Below are positions 1-7,950 of a DNA stretch of 25,936 nt, piece after piece (within the stretch, counting starts at the first letter, position 1; each line of letters opens with the position of its first letter). A model generated the notes under the pieces. The model made no database searches. It saw only the letters and a list, made by a program, of their open reading frames with translations, and was not told the DNA's origin. The stretch lies in IMG/VR virus record IMGVR_UViG_3300020409_001675, positions 1 through 25,936 of that record; one strand, 5' to 3'. The DNA is from a virus (taxonomy: Duplodnaviria > Caudoviricetes). A program made the translations under genes and the position numbers.

Positions 1-26
1 CCAACTCTGACTTTGATATCTGCCAT
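1..26 (-). CDS. 5' end of a late gene running off the left edge (MADIKVRVG...), probably a virion structural or fibre protein
   Basis: ATG at 26-24 reads ATG GCA GAT ATC AAA GTC AGA GTT GG, 28 nt downstream of a perfect TATAAATA. Only 9 codons are visible, so the product is a guess from context. Confidence 0.65.
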
Positions 27-54
27 CTAAGTTAGCGTATTCAGATCTAAAAAG

Positions 55-62
55 TATTTATA
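55..62 (-). promoter_or_regulatory. T4-type late promoter (gp55 sigma), TATAAATA
   Basis: Plus strand tatttata at 55-62 equals TATAAATA on minus. It is intergenic, just after the stop of the 67-aa ORF and upstream of an ATG. Confidence 0.85.
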
Positions 63-66
63 TTTA

Positions 67-270
67 CTAAGACGTTATCTTTGAAGTAAGTTCTTTTAAC
101 AAAGATTTTAACTCTGCAAGTTCTTTTTTCATATCATCCATCTCTGCCCGTTTGTCAGAATTTACCCTTCTAACATTGATGTAATTATCATAAGCAGCTT
201 TATCTGTATTGATGATAGCGTTTGACTCTTCATCTCGATACAGATTATCGTGTCCTTCTACTTTTTTCAT
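67..270 (-). CDS. Small hypothetical protein (67 aa) with C-terminal coiled coil
   Basis: Co-oriented with the operon. The N-terminus KVEGHDNLYRD..NAIIN resembles small proteins I recall downstream of VrlC-like genes in cyanophages. Heptad pattern MDDMKKELAELKSLLKEL; tandem stops TAG TAA. Confidence 0.85.
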   Translation of the reverse strand: MKKVEGHDNLYRDEESNAIINTDKAAYDNYINVRRVNSDKRAEMDDMKKELAELKSLLKELTSKITS

Positions 271-356
271 AATTTTTTCTTCTGTTTTGGATATTCAGAG
301 ATTAAGACTTTACCTGATTTGATAAAGTCTTTACTTTTATCTACTTTAACTACCAT
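267..356 (-). CDS. Unannotated 29-aa basic micro-protein MVVKVDKSKDFIKSGKVLISEYPKQKKKL
   Basis: ATG (356-354) overlaps the upstream stop as TAATG, and TGA (269-267) overlaps the next start as ATGA. The ORF exactly fills the gap. Confidence 0.75.
   Translation of the reverse strand: MVVKVDKSKDFIKSGKVLISEYPKQKKKL
304..331 (-). other. Potential RNA stem-loop: 11-bp stem (one G-U) with 6-nt loop
   Basis: Minus strand AAGACTTTATC-AAATCA-GGTAAAGTCTT. No U-tract follows, so it is not a canonical intrinsic terminator. Confidence 0.35.
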
Positions 357-3300
357 TATGCTAATGCGATTGCTCTGTAGTCTTGTAGCTTAACTGTTGC
401 TGACTCATTAGTTGAACTCATAACTATTTTAATTGTAAATCCAATAAATGGTTCTAAATCATTAACTGAAAAACGATATTCATTAAAACTTTCATCATCA
501 CCACTTGGACTCACAAAAGCATCAGGTCTACCATCATTTTTTGAAACATCAATAATCTCATCTCCAAATCCATCACCATCAGTATCCTTCATATTTAAAT
601 GACCAGGAAATGCTCTGTATGTTGAACTTGTATTAGATGAATCTGCAGTAAATAATCTATAGAAGACTCTAAAATCTGCCTCTGGTGGAACATTCGCTCC
701 AACAATCACTTTTAATGAAGTTGCTGGATTATCTAATTCAACTGGTTCAGTCACGAACACTGAACCGTGAGGATCATCAATCACTCCTTTGACACGAGAA
801 TCTGTTGCATAATTTGCAGAACCAACTGGGTTGTTAATTTTGTTTCTACCATAGATAAATGTAGCATTCTTCATGTCTATTGCAGGTGATAAATTCTCAT
901 CAAGAGTTGACATATTAACGTTAAATTCAATAGACTTTTGTTTAGGGAAGAATGTAAGTTTATCTTCATTAATTGTAGAAGCAATCAACCTTGGAGTTGG
1001 GAAAAATGTGGTCTGGAATAGTGTTGCTGGTTCGTAACCTTGATCTAAGAATGATATTTCATTTCCATCAGCACTTGTACCACTAATAGTTCTTACTGAA
1101 CTATCAATAGAAGTAAGTGTGCCAGGTGTAATGAAGTTAATTTGAGGATCAAATGAACTGTATTGATGGTTTTGAGAAATAGCAACATTTGAACCACCAA
1201 ATGCTTTTTGATTTGTAAAACATAATAATTGATTGCCTGTTCTTGCAGAAATAGCAGATGTATTTACCTCTAAGTAGTAAGTATCGACATTTGCAGCATT
1301 TACTAATGTTTGATTAGTTGGAACAGTAAAGAAAGTATTGATACCAACTAGTGGCATTCCCGCTACTTCATATACTTGAATACTAGCACCTTCAGGGTGA
1401 GTAACTGGTTGTGTATTTAAAACACCTCTTGTTAATGTTAGTTGACCTACACCAACAACATACTCGACTATTTCTTCTTCAATAAGAGCTTCTCCACTAT
1501 CAACAGTTATACCACCAAAACTTGTGAATGGTGCAGTATTTGCTATTGATACAACAGTTCCATCAGCAGTTAATTCAGAAGTTGTTTGAACAATTGTAGT
1601 ATCAGGTTCAACATTGATAATTTCAACTTTATTTGTTGCTCCGTGATGAGCGTGATTAGGTTGTGTTACTTCAAAAACATTACCAGTAAATAAATCACCT
1701 GTTACAATTGAATCTCCATCGACTCCTACTGATGTTAGAGTTTTAGTAACATTATCAACCCCATACCTTACGATTTTATGACCGTTAGTAAATTTCTCAC
1801 CCTGAACATCTGTTAAGAATAAAGTATCAAGAGTTGCATTGATTGCGATTACTTCAACTTTAAATCCTCCACCTCTGGTTACTTTAACACTATCATTGTC
1901 AACAGTTAAAACTTCTCCTAATTGATACCCAGAACCTACACTTGTTATATTAACACCAGTGATAACTTCATCAGTGACAGTTATCGTTGCTTCAGCACCT
2001 GTTCCTGTGCCAGTTAATGACTTTAACGGAACTGCAGTAGTGCTACTAAATGAATAACCAGTACCACCAGTTACAATTTCAACTCTTGTAGTACCTGTTG
2101 AAGCAATAGGTGCTCCTCTTCCTTCAATAATACCTGTTGTAAGTTGATCTTCAGGTGTGGTAGTAGCATTAGTTCCATTATCTGTAGTAATCTTTCTACC
2201 CACTGGATAATCTGCACTGGCTGGACTTCCAGAAAGTGTAACTTTTATCTTACGAGGTAATGATCGTAATGGATTATCGACAAGATTTTGAGTATTTAAA
2301 TTACCAGGTTCAATTGGTGTGTTATACATTGTAACTGTACCAGATTCAACAAATTTTGCTTTACGTAATTTGAATGTTAGATCTTGATTCTGGCTCGGTG
2401 TCCAAATAGTACCATTCTGTGATTTAAATAAACTACCACCAATGTATTGTTTAGATACAACTACATTCTGTACATCAGGTAGAGATGTGGTTCTAATAGA
2501 TTTTTCACCCATAGTTGATACCCACATCGTGTACTTGTCAGAAGATGGGCATAAGAATATAAGTGCATATTCTTCATCTGGTGGTAAGTATACTGGTGAT
2601 GGGAATTTGATTGTTGTTGGAATCGAAGCATCATTTGATATGTTAATATCATCGGGACTTAAAACTATCTCAGTGAAATCCTGTACTAAAGTACGAGTTG
2701 GAATTCCTAACTCCATAGTCGCTAGTTGTACTGTAAGTTTAGCAGTCTCATCTTTTGATGCAAAATATACATCAAAGGATGTTAAAAATGCTCCTGTTTC
2801 ATTAACTGTGAATGATTGTGCTAAAGGATCTCTCCTTCCTCTCCTTCTTCTTCTCCTCCAATTTCTCCTTCTCCTTCTTGGTAAGGTTGTTCTCGTAACT
2901 TGTGTATTTCTCTTTACAACATCTCTTGTATTAACAACAACTTCATTTTCTCTTGTTGGTGGTTTGGGTGGATTTCTAAGTTGTACAACCTGATTAGTTT
3001 GAGTTATAACAGTACCAGTACCAAGGAATGTTCCAGTAGCACTACTTGCTAATGGTAAATCTGATGGTAATGGAATTGATCCGTCAACAGTTGATGTAAC
3101 TTTGAATGTTTTCGTACCTGAAGTAAATAATGTAGGTGGTGCTGGTTTTTTATTAGCGTCTCTGAAGAAAAATGCTCCAATAACATCTCCCCAGTTATCT
3201 GAAAATAGTGTTACATTTGTTACTGTTGCAATTGCACCACTAGTTTTTCCAGTTAACTTTGCACCTTTAACAACATATCCGAAATATTTTTCTAAGTTTG

Positions 3301-6300
3301 CTAGTCCTATGACATCACAATTAAACAATCTTGATGTTGCAGAATAAGTTGATGATGGTGCAGGTCTTGAACGATCAAATGGATCAACAACATATTTTTC
3401 AAGATTAGAATTAGGAGAACCTAAACCTGCTTGAAATTCAGGTCTTGCATCATCTCCTATCTTATGATTTGGTGCTTGAGATCTTATCAAACCTATTCGT
3501 TTACCATTTACAGTAACCTGAACATCTTCAAAATTAGCAAAAGTACCTGAAGACATTTCGATTTCAAATACTTTTGGTACTATATCAGGAACTCCACTAT
3601 CTAAGAAATGATAGTGTTTAGTAAATGGTTTTAATCCTGCTGCTTGGAAATAAACATTTCTAGATCTCATATATGGATCAGCAGCACTTGTAATCTTTGT
3701 GCTTTCTACATAATCTCTTTCTTTTGCTGAACCTCTTAGTTTGTTTTGGAAAGCTGTTTCTACTCTTCTTGTAACTTTTTGTCTTCTTGTCGTTGTAGTT
3801 CTTCTTTCTATTACACCACCATTTACCCAACCACCAAATATTCCAAATACTTGAAGACCTGGTATACGTCCTGAACGTCTTAAAGCATCAAAAGTTCTAC
3901 CTCTCATAAACCTTGTTCTTCCATTTACCCTTGTACGGGTGCTTCTACTTGTTCTGACTTTTCCTTTTTCTGTTTTATCTGAAACAACTCTTGATTCCTC
4001 TACCCATCTATTACCAGTAGATTCAACTCTTTCGTTATTGATGTAAATAGTTCTTGACCAATTATCTGATGGTGGATCTAATTTTATCAATCCGTGGAAA
4101 GCGATAACATTAAATGGGTTTACATTTTCAACACCTGTTGCTTGTGGATTTTCAATCCAATCTACTTCTTCATAATCTAATGTAATTAAATCACCAGTTT
4201 TTTTACAATTGGTATCAAATAATTTTAAATTTGAATTTAAATCAGCTGTGGATATATCAATTCCAGTATCGAGAGCAAGTTCGGGATTCATTGACCAGAA
4301 ATCAACCGCACTTATTAGATGTTCGTTATCAACATCAACATCACATCTAGAACCACCCTCTGGGTTAAAATCGATGAATGATCTATCCTTGAAATCATTA
4401 ACAACAAAACCAGTTTTAAATCTATCTAAACCATCCTTATCTCTTACTTGGAAAGATTTTGTATCAAGTTCAAGTGAACTTAATGATGTCATCTCTTCTA
4501 AATTTTCAATTCTTTTTTCCAATGCTGCTATATCACGCATTGTGAATCTACGATTATCCTTTAATATTATGGTTGGTTCAGTTTCAACGCTATACAAATA
4601 TGGAGGCAAAGTAATTTCTGCAATTTCCATAGCATCAGAGTTAACTGCTGGTGGCATTGGAAACTCTGCAGACTCACCTTGTACTACTTGAACAGTTTCA
4701 TCTTTATCAATAATTAATTTGTCTATTCTCCCTAGATAATATCCATATCCCATCAATGAACTTTCATTTGGAGTGATAATGAATGGATTTGTTGATTCAA
4801 AAGATCTGTTTTTAAATGCGAATGGAGATCCAGAGGTAGTTTCTGGATTAAATGGACTCACTCTTGGACGGAAATCAAGAATATCTGATGCAGATACACC
4901 ACTATTCAAAAGTGGAATATCTTTTGAATATCTTTCTTCAGTATATGAATTTACAGTGAATAGATCTCCAGCATTACCACTTGCAACTTTAAAATGATCA
5001 AAAACTATAAGTAATTTTTTTGAAGGAATAGCAGATTTTTCTTTTCTAATTATTTGTGAATAATCACAATATTGATCTTTATGTCCCTTTAATAATGAAT
5101 AATTATTTGTTCTGTTAGTAAAATTACCTACTTCAACTCCCTGTAAAATGGTTTTGATAGCGGATTCTTTAAATAATATTTCTTCACCGACTGTAAATAC
5201 ACTGTCATTTAGATAAACAAAATCTACTGTATCATTTGTACTACTTACAAGTTGACCGATTGCCCTACTTTCTGCTCCGACTATTTGTTCACCAACAATT
5301 GTTGCTGTATCGAGTGTTAGACCTGAAACAAACTTCAGTTTGTCCAAAACTGGTGTTGATGAATTTTTTGATTCAAAAACTGCAATTACTCGAGCTACAT
5401 CTGGAACATTTAAAGATATTTGTTGGTCTTCAACTCTCAATCCATACGCATCACTTGGTATTAAATCACTTGTAAGTGTGGATATACCTGCAGTTCTAGT
5501 TACTTCTAATTTCTGACTTCTTACATAATCTTTTGATTTACTAGTTACACCAAGTTTCTTTAAAGTTACATTTACTACTGCATTACCACTTGATTTTGAT
5601 AATCCAGCAAAAGTAATAGTTTCTCCGTTATTAGTAATACTTACTTGATCATCAGTTAAAGGTTCTGTTGTACCATCAGGATAATGAATAGAATATCTTT
5701 CTGCATCAAATGGTTCAAAGAAAACACTAGTAATACCAACTGCGGTTGTTAATCCAACAGATGAGTTAAATTGAATCGAACCACCATTAATAATTGCAGG
5801 ACCACCTGTGATTTGTTTTGAAATTATAAGATGAGAATCAGCGAAATCTACTTGTGATATATTTGGTTTTGGTAATTCTGAATATATTCCTGAACTTTCA
5901 AAATTTATCAATTGTGGTACTTTTAATCTAAAAGTAGAAGTAGTTGATATTCCAGATGCTAAGACTGCTCCAGTGTTTATTCCAGCAACGTTTTCAACAG
6001 CACCTAAAGTCAATGTTTTACCATCAACAGAAATATCAGTTATTTTGTTAAAGACAATATCACCATTTGTAAAATTATCACCTCTTTGATATGAAATTAT
6101 TGCATCTGTGTGAATACCCACTAAAGCAGCAAAATTACGATTATTTACTGTTGCAGTATTACCTGTAATGTTTAACTGATCTGTGATTGAAAAACCAGGT
6201 AGAACATGATCTTGTAGTATTGTATCAGCACTAAAATCAGATAGTAAATCTGAATTTAGTGTATCTGCATCTTGGAATACTGATTTTATATCATCAATTG

Positions 6301-7948
6301 TATAAGCATTTAAATCTTTAATTGATACATTGTCTCCTTGTTCACTTTCGTTAAATATTAGTTGCTCACCTTTTATAAAAACTCCAGTTGTTTCTGATAC
6401 AGCTAGTTCATGAACACCTGTAGAACCCGATGCTTTTGCAAGATATCCTTCAGCACCGCTTGCTAAACCTCTAACTTTTGTTCCTACAATAAAACTACCA
6501 GTAAATGAAGTTGTTTTTAAAATTGTATATGTTTGAACATCGTAAAGATATAGATCAAAACTTGTAGTAGCATCACTATAAGAAGCATCTGTGACTGCGT
6601 ATGAATAAACTCTAGCGTCACCTATGTTAATTCCCCCTCCAGCATTTGTGCTGCCTTTACGTCCATTGAACAATTGTATAGTATTTGCATTCGTGCCACC
6701 AATGTTAATAAAAGGAGTTCCTTGAGCATTATTTACTCTAAGTAAACTACCCATCTCAAAGGGTATAGACGCTGCATTTACTGTTAATGTATCTCTTGGT
6801 TTGTCAACATCAAGAACAGTTGTACCAGGTAAATCAACATCAAATCCTTTTACATATGCACGACCTGGTGAGAGTTTAACACACATCAAGTCATCATCAG
6901 GTGTATTTCCTTCATCAGTTAGTCTATTCTCTGTATATAAACCTCTTGTGCTTATTTCATCATTTAATGACTCTTGTATTTCAACTCTAAAAGGTTCTAC
7001 TGCATAATCTCCTGACTCATCAAAAGTTCTTTTTGCAAAATATTTTTTAATTTCACTGTATGTTGATGAATCTTGTAATCTTTTTACTTCACCACCATCA
7101 ACTCTCATTAATTCAACAAAAGATGTATCTTCGTAATCATCTAATGCTTTTTTGGCAAGTTTTACGGATATTTTAAATCTGTCCGCACCAGGTGCTGCAA
7201 AGTTTGTAAAACCCTTGGCATTATCATATAAAGAATCATCATCATTTGAATTAATAACTTCCTCAGAAATATCAAATCCAACTCTATATGATGGATTAAA
7301 GTTATATGGATCTAAAATAATTAGAGATGATTGCACATCTACAAAACTACCTCTTATAAAGTAGACACCAGCATTTACACCAAAAGCAGAACCTACTGCT
7401 GTAGCATCTTCTGCTGTAAGAGTTAGAACTGTCTCACCTATAGTTAAAGTTGTATTACCATATGTAAGAGGTTCCTCTAATATTAAAATTTCACCATCTG
7501 GGAATGATTTACTCTCTCCATCAGTGCCAGATTGCTGATATTTAAGAAAAACTGTTATATTATCAACACCTTCAGATGGAGGAAGTATATAATTTTTTAT
7601 AGTCGCAACAATTCCTGATGTCTGACCTCTAACTCTGGTTCCTTTTCCGTCATTATTTCCAATAAGTTCATTTAAGTAAATCGATACATCAATGCCAAGA
7701 TGTGTTTCGTTTATTTTTGCAGAAAAATATGAGCGATCAAGTTCAATGTTACCTGGTATGACCATTGAACCTTCTTTAAACATATGCTTACCAAAAGACT
7801 CAACCTGATTTTGTAGTAGAGATTGTAATCCAGTTAATTCTCTTGCCTGTACAGGATATCCAGGTTTGAATAGTATTTTGTAAAAATTATCATCCTTATC
7901 GAAATCATCATAATAAGGTGATATATTTAAGTTAGTCTTTTGTGGCAT
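356..7948 (-). CDS. VrlC-like (DUF4815-type) large virion structural protein, 2530 aa
   Basis: N-terminal MPQKTNLNISPYYDDFD..FYKILFKPGYPVQARELT, plus APGADR, RTFDESGDY, DFRPRV, NRRFTMRDI..LEKRIENLE, GFVVNDF, NVNPFNV and DPLAQSF motifs and C-terminal DYRAIALA. Lies directly after gp8 (2-nt gap). Confidence 0.85.
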   Translation of the reverse strand: MPQKTNLNISPYYDDFDKDDNFYKILFKPGYPVQARELTGLQSLLQNQVESFGKHMFKEGSMVIPGNIELDRSYFSAKINETHLGIDVSIYLNELIGNNDGKGTRVRGQTSGIVATIKNYILPPSEGVDNITVFLKYQQSGTDGESKSFPDGEILILEEPLTYGNTTLTIGETVLTLTAEDATAVGSAFGVNAGVYFIRGSFVDVQSSLIILDPYNFNPSYRVGFDISEEVINSNDDDSLYDNAKGFTNFAAPGADRFKISVKLAKKALDDYEDTSFVELMRVDGGEVKRLQDSSTYSEIKKYFAKRTFDESGDYAVEPFRVEIQESLNDEISTRGLYTENRLTDEGNTPDDDLMCVKLSPGRAYVKGFDVDLPGTTVLDVDKPRDTLTVNAASIPFEMGSLLRVNNAQGTPFINIGGTNANTIQLFNGRKGSTNAGGGINIGDARVYSYAVTDASYSDATTSFDLYLYDVQTYTILKTTSFTGSFIVGTKVRGLASGAEGYLAKASGSTGVHELAVSETTGVFIKGEQLIFNESEQGDNVSIKDLNAYTIDDIKSVFQDADTLNSDLLSDFSADTILQDHVLPGFSITDQLNITGNTATVNNRNFAALVGIHTDAIISYQRGDNFTNGDIVFNKITDISVDGKTLTLGAVENVAGINTGAVLASGISTTSTFRLKVPQLINFESSGIYSELPKPNISQVDFADSHLIISKQITGGPAIINGGSIQFNSSVGLTTAVGITSVFFEPFDAERYSIHYPDGTTEPLTDDQVSITNNGETITFAGLSKSSGNAVVNVTLKKLGVTSKSKDYVRSQKLEVTRTAGISTLTSDLIPSDAYGLRVEDQQISLNVPDVARVIAVFESKNSSTPVLDKLKFVSGLTLDTATIVGEQIVGAESRAIGQLVSSTNDTVDFVYLNDSVFTVGEEILFKESAIKTILQGVEVGNFTNRTNNYSLLKGHKDQYCDYSQIIRKEKSAIPSKKLLIVFDHFKVASGNAGDLFTVNSYTEERYSKDIPLLNSGVSASDILDFRPRVSPFNPETTSGSPFAFKNRSFESTNPFIITPNESSLMGYGYYLGRIDKLIIDKDETVQVVQGESAEFPMPPAVNSDAMEIAEITLPPYLYSVETEPTIILKDNRRFTMRDIAALEKRIENLEEMTSLSSLELDTKSFQVRDKDGLDRFKTGFVVNDFKDRSFIDFNPEGGSRCDVDVDNEHLISAVDFWSMNPELALDTGIDISTADLNSNLKLFDTNCKKTGDLITLDYEEVDWIENPQATGVENVNPFNVIAFHGLIKLDPPSDNWSRTIYINNERVESTGNRWVEESRVVSDKTEKGKVRTSRSTRTRVNGRTRFMRGRTFDALRRSGRIPGLQVFGIFGGWVNGGVIERRTTTTRRQKVTRRVETAFQNKLRGSAKERDYVESTKITSAADPYMRSRNVYFQAAGLKPFTKHYHFLDSGVPDIVPKVFEIEMSSGTFANFEDVQVTVNGKRIGLIRSQAPNHKIGDDARPEFQAGLGSPNSNLEKYVVDPFDRSRPAPSSTYSATSRLFNCDVIGLANLEKYFGYVVKGAKLTGKTSGAIATVTNVTLFSDNWGDVIGAFFFRDANKKPAPPTLFTSGTKTFKVTSTVDGSIPLPSDLPLASSATGTFLGTGTVITQTNQVVQLRNPPKPPTRENEVVVNTRDVVKRNTQVTRTTLPRRRRRNWRRRRRRGRRDPLAQSFTVNETGAFLTSFDVYFASKDETAKLTVQLATMELGIPTRTLVQDFTEIVLSPDDINISNDASIPTTIKFPSPVYLPPDEEYALIFLCPSSDKYTMWVSTMGEKSIRTTSLPDVQNVVVSKQYIGGSLFKSQNGTIWTPSQNQDLTFKLRKAKFVESGTVTMYNTPIEPGNLNTQNLVDNPLRSLPRKIKVTLSGSPASADYPVGRKITTDNGTNATTTPEDQLTTGIIEGRGAPIASTGTTRVEIVTGGTGYSFSSTTAVPLKSLTGTGTGAEATITVTDEVITGVNITSVGSGYQLGEVLTVDNDSVKVTRGGGFKVEVIAINATLDTLFLTDVQGEKFTNGHKIVRYGVDNVTKTLTSVGVDGDSIVTGDLFTGNVFEVTQPNHAHHGATNKVEIINVEPDTTIVQTTSELTADGTVVSIANTAPFTSFGGITVDSGEALIEEEIVEYVVGVGQLTLTRGVLNTQPVTHPEGASIQVYEVAGMPLVGINTFFTVPTNQTLVNAANVDTYYLEVNTSAISARTGNQLLCFTNQKAFGGSNVAISQNHQYSSFDPQINFITPGTLTSIDSSVRTISGTSADGNEISFLDQGYEPATLFQTTFFPTPRLIASTINEDKLTFFPKQKSIEFNVNMSTLDENLSPAIDMKNATFIYGRNKINNPVGSANYATDSRVKGVIDDPHGSVFVTEPVELDNPATSLKVIVGANVPPEADFRVFYRLFTADSSNTSSTYRAFPGHLNMKDTDGDGFGDEIIDVSKNDGRPDAFVSPSGDDESFNEYRFSVNDLEPFIGFTIKIVMSSTNESATVKLQDYRAIALA

Positions 7949-7950
7949 TT

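Noticed and set aside
267-290. Possible -1 frameshift fusing the 29-aa and 67-aa ORFs at AAG AAA AAA TTA
   Set aside because: The frames would allow it, but there is no canonical X XXY YYZ heptamer and the hairpin is upstream rather than downstream. ATGA coupling is the simpler explanation.
304-331. Intrinsic terminator
   Set aside because: AU-rich stem with no U-tract on the coding strand, lying inside a coupled ORF. Kept only as a generic stem-loop.
2442-7364. Plus-strand ORFs of 68-183 aa opposite the VrlC-like gene
   Set aside because: Antisense shadows of a long real ORF with no family motifs. The poly-Leu stretch in 2442-2993 is just the complement of the poly-Arg codons.
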